In this document: one piece after another, positions 1 to 17,260 of the stretch | Numbering within the stretch: position 1 is the first letter of the stretch | How the letters are laid out: each line of letters begins with the position of its first letter | From: Chlorokybus atmophyticus | Taxonomy: Eukaryota; Plantae; Mesostigma and Chlorokybus algae | Length of the DNA: 64,000 nt | Reading direction: 5' to 3' | NCBI GenBank assembly: GCA_009103225.1 | Contig: RHPI01002368.1 | Span: 401,397 to 465,396 of the forward strand | The notes under the pieces: model-generated | The model's database searches: none | Told to the model about the DNA's origin: nothing | Seen by the model: the letters and a program-made list of their open reading frames with translations, nothing else | Program-made: the position numbers and the translations under genes

Positions 1-434
1 CATTCATGAGAAGTCATGACGTGGCTCGCTTCAAGTCAAGAGCATGGCTGTTAACGTAACCACGATCAAGGCCAAACAGTAAGCGTTGGCTATTATAGTT
101 AACCAAGAAGGACAAAACGCTATACGCCGACAGTTGACGACTAACGCAAGGCGACACCGCTAACTGTCGATTGTCGGCGTGCCTGTCACGTGCGAAACGG
201 ACTCATGACGAGTTTGCAACACGTTTGCGGAATTACTGGTGGCAGGGAAAGGGTCCTAATTGAGGCTCAAACGAGCGATGTGTCATGAGTGTGGGTTGGT
301 TAGTTTGGTGTGGCCTGCCAGCTGGCGGCAGCGGCGGCGGCGTCGCGTGGCGGTGCATGTCGCTGCCCCTGATGATCTTGAGGATCGCCTGAGAGCTGGA
401 CACGTCGTCTTTAGCGTTGCACATTGCTAGCCGC

Positions 435-4944
<4,510 letters not shown>

Positions 4945-6986
4945 CTGTTGGGGTTGGGGTTGCATGTTGTTGTTGATGCTTGTCATTTTGTTGTGTTGAG
5001 TTGTATCAATTTCTGGCTCGCTCGCTCGCTCGCTCGTATCAGCTCCTGCATGAGCCTGGACTCTTATCTCCTTAGTATGGTATACTCTAGTAATGTTCTA
5101 TTTCTTATGGAGTGGTAGGGTAAGTACTTGGGGCGGCGTGCGAGTGCGTGCGCGTGTACCAAAGATGCAAAGGGAAACTATGTACGTGTGCGCACATGTG
5201 TGTAGTCCCGCTCTACGGTCACACGAGTATTGTGTCCAGCCAAAGAGCTGCAGCGTGTGTTTGCACCCGGTGTGTACCACACGAGTAGATGACACGAGAT
5301 GACGTGTGGTGTGATTGCGGTAGGTAGTGCGAACATATGGGCGAGTGCACAACTGACTAGCACAGTATGAATGGTGTGGTTGTGATTGTGCCGGTGTACA
5401 AAAAGGTATATGCTGTCGTTCTGCTTACACTATCGCATGCATCGTGCATACATGCCAAATGCCGCACACACGCACCATTGAAACGACCACCAGGATAAAC
5501 CACGCTCACACTACCTACTTCTGTACCTACCCCGCCACCACTACAAGTAACCCACCCCTGGTAGTCATGCACGCAAAGAATATAGAACACAGGGGCCAAC
5601 AAGCAGCCACAGCAGCCAGTAGCAACGCAACCAGCAACCAATAAAGCGATAAGCACCACAACAAACAACAAGCAACACAGAGCCTAGCTAGCTACACTAA
5701 GGGGGCTGCTGCTACCTATGTGCAATGTGTAGGCAGTGGCAGTAAGGACGAGATCTGCCAAACTACCTGCACAAGGTAGGGAGTAGGCAAAGGCGAAGGT
5801 TAGGTAGTGCTGATGGGCAGGGGAGTGGACAGCAACAACGACAATGCCGACAAGGCTGATGACAGCGACCAGACCCCGCCGCCAGCAGCCTCGTGGCTTG
5901 CTTTTAACTGTCGCAAAACAACGGATGCAGGCTACTAGCCGTTAGAGTTAGGGTGAGACAGGCAAATTGTGCAGCATACATGTGCAAGCAGATGTGCACT
6001 CATGCATGCAATCGGCACAGTCCATCACCTGCACCGGGGCTGTGGTTAGCGATGTACAGGATATGCGAGCAACTGATAGCCACATGCATTCGCACAGCAT
6101 CAACCACATGCAACGCACATAGTTAAAGTGCCCTTGCCGCTTAATTGTCGTCTCGTGCATTGTTTGTATTGCTTCTGCTGGGCTACTGCGTGCTCAGATG
6201 CTGCGTTCTTGTACTTTGCATTTGCCATACAAGGACAGCCTATGCAAGCAACCCAATGCACGTGCATGTTGCATACACAACCACCGGGCTGACTCTACTC
6301 CCTACCCTAATGCTACGTTTACTGCCCTCCCTGTAAGTCATGCATGCATTCACGGCAGTGGTTGTTACTTACACCACGGTGATGGGTATGAACCTCACAT
6401 GTTCACAGATAATTATGTGTGCGAAAACCCCTTTGCATCTCTTGTGCACGCTAGGCGCGTGTGTGGTTGTTGGTTTCATAATAATCATCATCAATAATAA
6501 TCGGGCCTTGAAGCTTGCCATCCAGAGAATCTTGCGATGCTAAAGGTTGACATAACCCTGAGATGCACGCATCTAGTACAATGAATTTCGTGGTGCCTGC
6601 AGGTAGAACAGGTTCCCTTCTGTATTGCCGCTGCTGCTGCTTGCATGCGTATGTAAAGCCGCGCATCCTTGTAGCCTCGGTCCTTGTGAGTTAATGCATC
6701 AGTTGTGGTCGGCAAGAGGAGGCGCTATTTGCATCAGCAACCTATCAAGGTGTGGCCTTTCTTCTGCACGGGCATGTCACACAATTCTACAGACCTATGC
6801 TCTCTAATATTGCTGTTGCAACACATGATGTGCCGTGAAATAGACATGATAGCCATCAACGACCCTAAACAGCAGGTAGTAGGTATAGCAATGTGTACCA
6901 GACGTGCGGAGAGCACAACACACAGGCTGCGAGAGAACAACACGCAGCACATACTCTTTGGTTCTGTACAGACTACACGCTAACCA

Positions 6987-9900
6987 TTACCTGCTTGCAT
7001 TGTCTCCGTCCGCCAGGCGCAAACAGCTGTCTACATGTACGCTCTCGAGTACCGCGATGTCCCACAGATGTATCAACAGCTGTACAAACACACTGCAGAT
7101 ACATGTAACCAGTCAGTTGCCACGCAAACACAACACGAGCGCATAGTGTTGGACACTATGTATGCACTTCACCAATGGCGTCATGTTACAGCGACAAGGC
7201 TGTGTTCTTGACGTTGAAGCACGGACATGTGACACGCACTGTAATGTCGCAATACCTGCGGAGTTCTGGTTGCTCTGCAAACTTGCTTGTGTGTCCCCGT
7301 GCAAACAGCTCGCACACTTTAGGCATGTCGCGATCGCCGTACACGCTGCGCGACAAAACCAGCATCGTCACTTACACCCCACCACAATAGTAATGCAATG
7401 GCCTCATGCGTGCCAAGCATACGTGTAAACAGCACTTACGGTTGCTTTCGGCGAAATGTGTTCCACATGCTCATGAAGTCCTTCTCATGTGCAGCGAGGT
7501 TCTTGAATGACTCCAACATCTGCACTCAAGAGCATCGGCTGAGTTCTCGTGCATGCACGGGTTTACACTTGCGCCAAAGAACAAGATTGCACCCACACGC
7601 ATACACTCAGATCGTGTATGTCTGTATGCACGTACGAGGCAGGCGTGTACAACCTGTCCCACAAAACATACATCACATACCCTGCGATCATCTGCTTCAG
7701 CCTGTTCCTCATCCAACTCATCATCGCTATCTCTATCAGACAGCACCTCCTCCAAAGTCATCAACTGTCACAAGCCAGCGTTTAAGCAGCACAGGAAATC
7801 TGCCGGAGAACAGCAAGACTTGCTGATTGACAATGACACTAACGCGTCACAGCCGCCTTCAGCATACCTGTGCCGTTCGCGAGTGGTAGAACCTCCTTGC
7901 AGAAAGTGCTTCCTTCCTGTCATGAAGAAGTTAAGCGCCCTCGCGCACGGCAGGAATGAAATGAATATGCACGCAACACCTTAATATATGCAGCAACATT
8001 CTATGCATACATACAAAATGACGCGAATACAGGTACATGTTTAGTATCGTATCTAGATATGAGTATAAGTGTACACATGTAAGTACAGACACACCGACAG
8101 AGACAGAGCAGGGTAGCAGCAATCCAGAGTGCATACGCTTGCGCTGACAGCAAGGTCGGTTGTTTGGCTGGCCGCTTCTCGACTTTAGCCTCCACCTTGA
8201 TTTCCTCAGCCTGCACCTGCTTAACTGTTGGTTGCGTACTCGACGGTTGACTCACTGCTGCCTGGTCATCAACTGGCGCCGTCAACGGCTTGACAATCAG
8301 CTTCTTAGAAGTAACTGCTGGAGTGGTCAACGGCGACTTTGACCTGTCCTTTGCATTGGACACATCCATCGACTTGGACATATCTATCGATATGGAAATG
8401 TCCATCGGCTTGGACACGTCCGTCGACATGGACACGTCCTTTGACTTGGACACCTCCATCGACTTGGACATGTTGATCGACTTCGACACATCCTTCGGCT
8501 TTGACACATCCACCGACTTGGACATGTTGATCGACTTGGACGCATCCTTTGACTTGGACGCATCCTTTGACTTTGACACATCCATCAATTTGGACGTGTT
8601 TATTGACTTAGACATGTCTTTCAACTTGGACATGTCCCGTGATTTCGAGTTAGACTTGGTGGCTTTGAGCTTGGAGATGGACTTGGAGGGTTCTTTAGAG
8701 ATGGACTTGGACTTGGACTTGATCGATTTGGAGGAGACTTTGTCTACCTTCTCTTCTGCGCTCGCCTCACAAGGTGGTGGCGCCTCCGACTGCACCTCTG
8801 CTTTGGGAGGAGAGGTGAGTTTGCCAGCTGTCAACTCGGGCGCTTCTGCTTCTGTGATCAACACATCTCTCTCCTCCAGGTTGTTGTTGTTGGGTTGAAC
8901 AGGTGCTGAGTTGGACGACGACGGGTGTGAAGCCAACTCGGTAACTTCTGATACGTCCGCGGGCCGGCTGCTGGCTTTCCCTCCCGCCGCGCTGGCCGAA
9001 CCACCTGATGATAGCAGAGACATGTTGCAGTTGCCCCAAAGCTCAGTCAAAAGCCGCAGCCACCCTGCCCACGTCTTTGGCCTGCTCATGAAGTAGAATG
9101 ACTTCGCGACAATCGTCCACTCGAAATCAAGCGGCTTCTCGCCAATGAATTGGCCTTCTGCATCATAAAGCTCTGGTCGAGGTTGAACTGTGATCTGCAA
9201 CAGCAATTTAGTCACATGCATAAGCTAATGTACGCGTGCTGCATTGCACCTCGTGTCTCTGACATAAGAAACAACCATAAATGCCAAGACATACTTGATG
9301 TGTACAATATGCCTGCATACGAACAAGCTAATGCACCTGTATTGCACCAACACACAGCAGCATGCGAGACTACAAACAGCACAGAAGCATACAAATAATC
9401 AGGAAGCCCATACCACAAGGCAAGACCTTGCCGCATCTGATCAACTTACTTGAGGTGTACGGTTGGAGCGCGCGTCAAAGGGTGCGGAATATTGAAACAA
9501 ATCGTGCGAAGCCAACACATGTAAAGACAACCCAATCACAGAACCGCACTTCAAGCAGCAGAACGGGCATTGGTAATGATACACAACTTCTATCCGTTTC
9601 CGGCCCCCGTCAAACATGTATGTGAACAGAAGCTCGCCAGAGTCCAGTACTTGCGTCTTTGAACTGACATCCCCACTCAACACGGGAGACGGTGAGGAGA
9701 TGTCGGCATGCACCTACAACCACAGCAAGGTTGTAATCAATATATGCCACAAGATGTCACAACAGAGAGACACTGACTCAAGTGAAAGGACCTACCATGC
9801 ACTAACATGGTTATGTTGATAGGCCATGCATGCCAGCTGTAGATGCAACCAGACAAAACAACACACTTCCGGGCCGGTTATAATACCAGGGGGAGAACTA

Positions 9901-12254
9901 TTTGCAATTGTGTGATCAAAGAATACACCTACTTTCAGGAATACTGCACTCTGTCCCTGAGGAAGCGGCTCCACATACAGCTGCGCAACGCCACGGATGC
10001 TGCGTTTCCTCAGGACCCCCCTGCTGAGCTGTATCAGGCGCATAACCACAGTGTGCTTTGACACAGCTTTGGGAGGCAGCACTGATCGCAGCGGCACTGA
10101 GGCGTAGCTCACTGTGCTGTTCACGGGTATGCTGCCCAGTGCCATGGTTTCTGCGTGCCAGACAAATGTCAGCTGAGAGCAGTGAGTGTGCCAATGGTCA
10201 GCGCATTTGGCATGTGCGCACACTGAGTGCAGTGCCGCAATACGTTGTGTTCATGCACTACACCAACGTAACAAGCATGGTGCACGCACACACGTGTTTA
10301 ACCCTTAATGGATCAGGGACACTTGCCTGCACTGATTGGAGCGCCTTGCGGTCGTCTCAATAATCGGAGATCGGGATGAGCTTCTGCACAAGCCAACACA
10401 GCGCGATGTGTAAGCAATGTGTACAACAGCAAACCGATGTATGCACGACGAATACAGCTTTTCACCGCACGATACAGGTTTCAGACATATGTCAATCAGT
10501 TGTCCTACATTGGGGCCAGAATTAAACACGAAACATTCTTGCATTAAGTTGAAAAGCATGGATGCCGATATCGGAACCTGAATTGCACACCGCACGAATG
10601 CATTTACAATGATGAACGGGTTGTGCAGAATCAGGGGTGTGTCACACTGCACATGTCGCACATCCTAATACACCCTTCATGCCCAATTATGAGCGTCTTA
10701 GATGGCATGCACAACACAGACAAGCGCACTGCGCGCACTCACCCCATACAATAAATAGTAGTTCAAAGGTGCTGGCCACCTTGTCTTGAGTAATGCCAGC
10801 CCAGGGGAAAAATGCACACGGCAACTCTTTACTCTCTGTGCGTCCGGACGTGCTCGCTTCACCACAAGTGAAGGGGACAGACAGACATCGCGCACGACTA
10901 ACCTGATACACTGCTATGACTAATCATGGACATGCAGGTCTGAGCCTACCATGCCGCAAAGCTCAAGGACTCACTGGAGTTGCAGTTGGCGACGGGTCCA
11001 CCACAGCCACAAGAACAGACATCTCTTGCGGCTCTTCTGAGAGAGAAGAGTAAGTGCGTGCATTTAGCGGGACGTTTGCCTGAGCTTGCTCGTCTGTACA
11101 CCTTGCCAACGCCACTGCGACAGTTATATCCACCCTGCGAGTGTGTGCGAGCGTGTTAAGCAACGGACCCACTAGTCTTCAACATACACGTGCAAATGAA
11201 CAAGCTTACTTTGGTGCGTCGCTGCTTGCATCAGCGGTCTGTTTGTACTCTCTGCATAGACAACAAGCTATGGTCAAGCAATCCGCACATGATGCTCAGC
11301 GTGAAAAGTGCATGTGACCAACAAAAATCACATGTTCAACGCAGCAAATGCCAGCCGCGTGTGCAGAAAGGCGCTTATGCCTGAACTGACATCTTAATGC
11401 TACCAGGAACCAGGCGCAAGCATAAACAGCTGAAAGCGCACCTTGCAAGTCGTCGCGCTTGTCTGCAGTAACTCAAGTTGCGCCGCAAAAATATTGGCTG
11501 CGCACAAATTGAAAGCCACGTATGAGTCAAACACAGCGACTTGTGGAAAGCGAGTTGCGAGCACCAAACAGAAAGCATTGCCACAATCATTGAACAAATA
11601 TTTGTCACTTGATATCGCTGGACAAACATGTGCACTGTGACAGGTTGCAACGTAGACGGCAACAGTAGAACACATGCAAACAGCATGTCAGTGTCCCATC
11701 AATCTTATTAAGCACACGTACGGCATGTACAAAAAGACAGTCATGAAAAAGCAAGTCAAGAAAACGAATGCAAAGCCAGAGCGGTTTTTGGCAACACTAC
11801 TATATTGCGACAATCCTCGCAATATCCTCGCATATAAATTGTTCTTGCAATCCACATATTGACAAACCCCACTACTATATTGCGACAATCCTCGCAATAT
11901 CCTCGCATATACATTGTTCTTACAATCTAAATCGTCACTTTTAGTGCGCATACGAGCAGTAGAGTTTGGCAATGCTTTAGTATACATACGAGAGCTGAAC
12001 GCACAGCGTGTCCTCACCTTCTGCTTCCACTTGCCGTTGAGCTTGGCATACATAGAGACTGGGGGTGCATAGGCACGCACAAGGCCGGGCTCTACGCCTT
12101 CGTGAGGGCGTGGTGACGGCTCCGGCGTTGAGGCGGCGGCGTTTGCAGCGGCGGCGGTGGAGGTGGTAGCTCGCCCAGCTGAGGACCTGCTCTTCTCCCT
12201 CTCAGATCTGGGAGCTGAAAACCCTCCACTCCCACCATTGCTGCCGCCGGCCAT
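6987..12254 (-). CDS. EMF2: Polycomb PRC2 subunit, EMF2/VRN2/FIS2/Su(z)12 family (C2H2 finger + VEFS box)
   Basis: N-terminal AYAPPVSMY..K|PIFLRRNLSY (exons 12018-12254, ~11442-11497); zinc finger YQCPFCCLKCGSVIGLSLHVLASHDLF (~9480-9560); VEFS box RRFYHSRTAQ|LMTLEEVLSDRDSDDE..DRR|MLESF..EKDFMSMWNTF..|VYGDRDMPKVCELF..|LLIHLWD with consistent phases. Middle exons and exact stop (TAA 6987) less certain. Confidence 0.9.
8350..8720 (-). repeat. Coding 18-bp/6-aa tandem repeat (SKSxDV-like, ~17 units) in the EMF2 long exon
   Basis: + strand period-18 units gacttggacannnnnnnn; translation SKSKDASKSKDASKSINMSKSVDVSKPKDVSKSINMSKSMEVSKSKDV. Confidence 0.85.
11796..11927. repeat. Two ~57-bp direct repeats (period 75) in EMF2 intron 1
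   Basis: actactatattgcgacaatcctcgcaatatcctcgcatata(a/c)attgttctt(g/a)caatc at 11796 and 11871. Confidence 0.9.
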
Positions 12255-12467
12255 GCTGCTACTCCTCCATCCACGGCAACCTCCGGTTCCTCCTCCAGAA
12301 CCCCTTGGCCGCCGCCCAATCCGCCAGCAACGTCGCCGCCAACCCCACCAACACCGCCAGCAACCCCAAAACCCTAACTCGCGCACAACAGATTAGGGTT
12401 CTGCGCACTGCTTGTGCGCTATGCAAGTAGTAACAAACTAAGCCTAAACCCTGAACTGTAGCTCAAC
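12255..12467. promoter_or_regulatory. Compact bidirectional promoter/5'UTRs with telo-box-like motifs
   Basis: 213 bp between divergent ATGs; aaaccctaa (~12369), ttagggtt (~12393), aaaccctga (~12447). Confidence 0.6.
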
Positions 12468-15270
12468 ATGGCTGCGGCGATGGTGGCGGTGGGGTTGGCG
12501 ATGGAGGTGTCATGTGCCGGAGGATGTGCTGCTACAGGGTTGCAACGGTCGCAACTTGGAGCAGGCGTGTCTGTTCCTCGCCGCCGCATTGCCGCTGGAC
12601 GGTTCGCTGTCAAAGCCTCCGCGACACAGGTAGCTCGGCATTTGTTGCTTCACACTTTGGTGACTTTTTATCATTGCCATTACTTTCCTGTACCCATGCT
12701 ACAGGCTTTTATCGCAGCATTGTGTAGACATGACTCTTCATGAACAGTGCTATTGCATATGTGCATGCATGCAAGCATGCAGCCTGGTATGTTGCCACTG
12801 TATGAGCTGCTTTGAGTGGCAGTCGATGTTAATGAAGCCCAATGCCTCTCCCTGTTTGTGTTTGAGACAGACTGTATGTGTGCGTGTCACGTATTCTATC
12901 TTGCACACGACTTGGCTGTGTGCAATCAGCTCGTTGTCACTTGATGCATTCGGCTCAACTGCGAACAACTCCTTCCCACTGTAGTTGCGTCTCAGTCTGT
13001 CAGGGCCAACTTGCACAGGTGAACATGAATTTCTGATCATCATGAACCGTCTATTTGCTGCAGAGTACGCTTCCAACAGCAGTTGTGGACAGAATACAGC
13101 CCCTCCTGAACGGGCCGGCGCTAATGGTTGCAAGACCCAAAAATACACTGGAGGTTGTGGACGCTTACATCCAAGAAGGTACGATATGTATAGCATATTG
13201 ATTCCGCTGTGTCATTCAGTCGAGTTTTACTTGACATGAATCACAATGTGTGCACACTTGCGTACGTGCGCATGCATGGGCGTGTGTGTGCGTGCCGCTT
13301 CGTGCATAGGCGTGCACGCGCATGCATGTTGTTGGTACGCGCGCGTACGCGCACGCACGAAGCAGTACGCACGCACAATGTTTGTTGGTGTATGCATGCA
13401 TGCGCACATGTTTGTCTGCACGCATGCATGTGTGTGCATGTGGAGTGTACATGATGTATGCCAAGCCAGTGCTGTGTATAAGTCTTGCTTTTTCGCACAA
13501 GGTTGTTGGTTGAGTGGGTGGTTTGCTTACTCATCTCGTTGTGTTCTGGTTGCTGTAGACTGAGCACTGTCGTCATTGCGCATGTCATACCAACAAACTT
13601 AAACCCACTTCCATTTCCTCACAGGCATTGTTGACGAGGCATACAGAGGCGAGTACGGCCTTCTTCACCCGTCTATCTACTGGACCCGTCACTGGCCCAC
13701 AGCAGTGGTGAGTCCCGACACAACATCCACACAACAACACATCATACAAGTCGCTCAATGTAACATCTTGCTCAGACAACATCATCAAACAGGCCGCATC
13801 AGCAGAGTTGCTCGCGCGGCCCGAGCTTGTGAGAGATATGAGGGTGTGCGAGCTTGGCGCGGGGTTAGGCCTTGCGGGCCTCGCTGCGGCGATGGCGGGC
13901 GCAAAGAGGGTGTGAGTTTTGTAGTTGTAATTGTTGTGTCGGGGTGGTAACTGTTGGCGTGTATACTGGTGTAGCTGTGTGCATGCACACATGAGCATGC
14001 GCTCGTGCAAGTGCACATATGGAGGTGTACATGCATGCACATACACAAGTGCATTTGCATGTGTATGTGAATCGTTGGCACACACACGTACACGGCTATG
14101 TAAAGGCCGAAGCACGCATTTTATGTGCATACGCATGTATGTGTCCGACATTCATCAGCGCTTGCACAGGTGGTAATCACGGACAAGCAGCTCATGGCTC
14201 TGCAGTATGCTCAGCAGTCTGCAGCAACCAACGGCCTTCGGAACAGTGACACACAGGTGGTGTAAAAGGATGTTTCTGCTTGTTAGTGGCGTATGCTGTG
14301 TATGCAATTCTTTTTAGCCCACATATGCTCTATGTGCATAATCAACTGGTTGATTGCGTGTTGTATCAAGTGCAGGAGTTGGCATGGGGAGAAAATGAGC
14401 CTTTCAATGATGCGTTAGAGGGCGCTTTTGACACCGTGCTTATATGTGGCGTGATATACGGCGCCGTAAGTGAGTGCATGCCCAACATATCTGACAACAT
14501 CTTCATTAGCGCTTGTTGCAGTTGACAGTTGCATTGTGTGTATTGGTTGCTCATTCATGCCTACAGCGCCTATATCTGCTCTGGTGAAGAGGCTGCTAAC
14601 GAACGATGCGCCGTCGCGGCTGCTTGTATTTGACCCGGCTGAAACCTTCTCTGGAGCAAGGTTTCTGTTGTTGTGCTTCCATGTTGTGCTCTTGTGTTGT
14701 GTTGTTAATGTTGTGCATCTATGTTTTGCTGCTCCACCTGTGCCCATGCACCTTCCTTTTTGTTTCCATGCTTTGGCCTTATCGATACAATAATCTGGAC
14801 AGCAATTGCTGTGCGATATGTACAAGTTGGGCATTATACTTGCTGTGTGCTGTTGTGCATGATAGTTATTGTTTGTAGCTGATACTTGTCGGTATTTGTT
14901 GTTGAACAGAAAAAGATTCATTGACACGGTGACGCAAGAGACCGGCTTGAGAGTGTCTGAGGAGAAGCAGGTTGGAGTTTTTCCTTGTGCTGTCCATCGA
15001 TACATGATGTATATCCGTATCACTCAATCCCGTGCAGAGTAGCCCGCAAGCTTGTGTGTGCGTGTGCACTTGCGCACGTGTGTATGCGTGCGCGTGCACG
15101 CATGTGGGTCTCTCTCCATGTTTCTGTTTATCCATCTGCCTACAGTTGATGGTGTTGGTTTTCTATGACTGCAGTTGGTTGCAAACATGGCGTGCGGGCC
15201 CGCGCAAGCATTCGACTTCTCATTGGAGCCCCGCGTGCAGCTGTTGGTACTTGAGAAGGGGGCCAAGTGA
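12468..15270 (+). CDS. Family-16 (METTL21/EEF2KMT-like) SAM-dependent methyltransferase with probable transit peptide
   Basis: Exon 1 Ala/Arg/Ser-rich, ending FAVKASATQ|; VVDAYIQEG|IVDE..IYWTRHWPTAV|AASAELL..RVCELGAGLGLAGLAAAMAGAKR|VVITDK..|ELAWGE..FDTVLICGVIY..|LLVFDP..; TGA at 15268-15270. Confidence 0.85.
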
Positions 15271-15449
15271 CAGTGACAATGATGTACATGTACACATTAC
15301 TTATTTACTGATAAAGTTGGCTCGTTAGGGAGCACATGCAATAGTAGACATTATCTTTAACTTGGTAGTTGATGTACAAGTGATGCGCAAGACTGTTGCT
15401 GGACATATGAATACAATAATAATAATAACTGATGCGTCTCTTATTCCCC

Positions 15450-17260
15450 TCAGATTGCCAGCCCGAAGACAGTGGTTATGCAGTACATGGTCTTGTTCTC
15501 CCACCTGACAGTCCTGCTTCCTGCAGACACATATACAGCAATAACCTTAAGCGCACAAGGGGAGAGGGGGGGGTAAAAGGTATAGGTGTGCAGATGGGCG
15601 CATGCGTAAAGAAAGGACAACCAATACTGTACACACGTGCATGATCTGGTTTACTATTACTGACCTGCTTGCGTGCGTGCGTGCGAATGACAAAGCATGA
15701 CAGACCGCATATATAGCAACAAGGTACAAAATGCTGTCCCTGTTGAAATGGTGAGTGGTAGGATGATGGCATGACCATGGGCTCTAGTTGTATGTATGAA
15801 CATGTTGCATGGCATTGATCCTACCCTCTGTCAGTCTGCTTGTGTGCCTTGTGCATGTGTGTGCTTGTATGCATGCGTGACTGACGGAAGTCGGTGGTTA
15901 GTGTTGTAAGTTGCAGTGGTAGTAACGAAGATAGTGCTGAAGAGCCCGGTGGTCATGTGTATGAACACGGTGATGGTTAGTGTGCATGGCTGATGTTGGT
16001 ATGCGCATGCGTAGCTAGCGTATGCATGTGGCTCAACTTGCATGCACACCATGCATGTCGGATCTCTTGTATACGGTAACACATACCATCGGTGGTGTTG
16101 TCCCAGTAGCAGGAGCTTGCGGTGTGTAGTCCAGCGCCATTCTTTTGCATCAGCACGCAGGTAACTACCACAACAACAGTTGCTAAGATAAGCGGTCACA
16201 CAAACACTTGCATGCAACTACCTAGCATACCGTAGATTCAGGTACCACAAGCGATTACACGCGTGCGCACGCACGCACGCACGCACTCGCACTCACACTC
16301 ACACTCACACTCACACTCACCTGCAGTCGCTACTGACATCAATGCATGTACCAACACACATGCACGCGCACACACACGCGCGTGCGCATGCAGTAACACT
16401 CATGCATGCCCGTTCAGCATGGACACACCCAGTTATGCACACGCAGGCTGCCTTAAAAAAAGTCATTGTGCTGTTTGCATACAACAGTGCTGTGCTGCAC
16501 CACGCTCGGTGGGTGAGTAACATCACGGACACATGTATGTCGCACAGTACAACACGTGTTCAAGTTCACAGTCATAAGCAGCTTTGGGAAGACGCACGCA
16601 CGCTCGTTGCTTACCAACGTACTTGAAGGGTTTGTTAAGGGCTGTGAGGCGCTTGAGACAGGCCTCAACCACAGATGACGTCCACTGCCCAACCTGCGCA
16701 TGATATTTACATGTGAACAGCGAACCTACAAACTTCAACCTATGTAACCAAGTATAACAGCGGCATCTCCTCGTAAATACACTTCCACCTCAAGAAAGGT
16801 ATGTATGTCTGCCCTCTGTGTGCGTGCGTGGGACACAATGTGCTGCATGATTGGTGTGCAAACTGATCGACTTTGGCTGACCGCACTGTAGCGCAATTGC
16901 AGCACGACAGAGTACCAGTGATGTAGCTGAGCACAACCTGTGTGACTGAGTTATGATATGCACAAGTTGTAGTGTGGCAATGCATTGGGTAACTATGTAA
17001 CTCAATTGACAGTTGAAACACGTGTAATCAAACGCCTCATACCTTTTTGTGTGAGTAGACGGCGTTGAGAAGAATCAGGTCTATGGACTCCTTGATGATG
17101 TTGTTCACGTCCTCCGCCACAAACGCCGACTACGCAAACCAACTAATGTGAGTATGTCAAGCAGTATTGACTACCTCCGTTCAGGCAAGGCCAGGCCAGG
17201 CCAGAGCCGGCCAGACTAACCCAGGTTACTCACCTCTTCCGACGTCTGCAATTCGTCCAT
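15450..17260 (-). CDS. DYNLT1: Dynein light chain Tctex-type 1
   Basis: Five exons give MDELQTSEE|[29 protein letters not shown]|[26 protein letters not shown]|[27 protein letters not shown]|[22 protein letters not shown], a near-canonical Tctex-1. Confidence 0.97.

Noticed and set aside
124-180. Short inverted repeat acgccgaca/tgtcggcgt
   Set aside because: 9-bp arms in GC-rich DNA, plausible by chance.
5100-6500. Possible exons between GT29 and EMF2 (e.g. 5750-5900)
   Set aside because: Both strands give short plausible peptides, but no consistent spliced ORF could be built; may be 3'UTRs.
8290-8898. 202-aa plus-strand ORF with LDTSIDLDM repeats
   Set aside because: Antisense shadow of the EMF2 coding repeat; no splice or start support.
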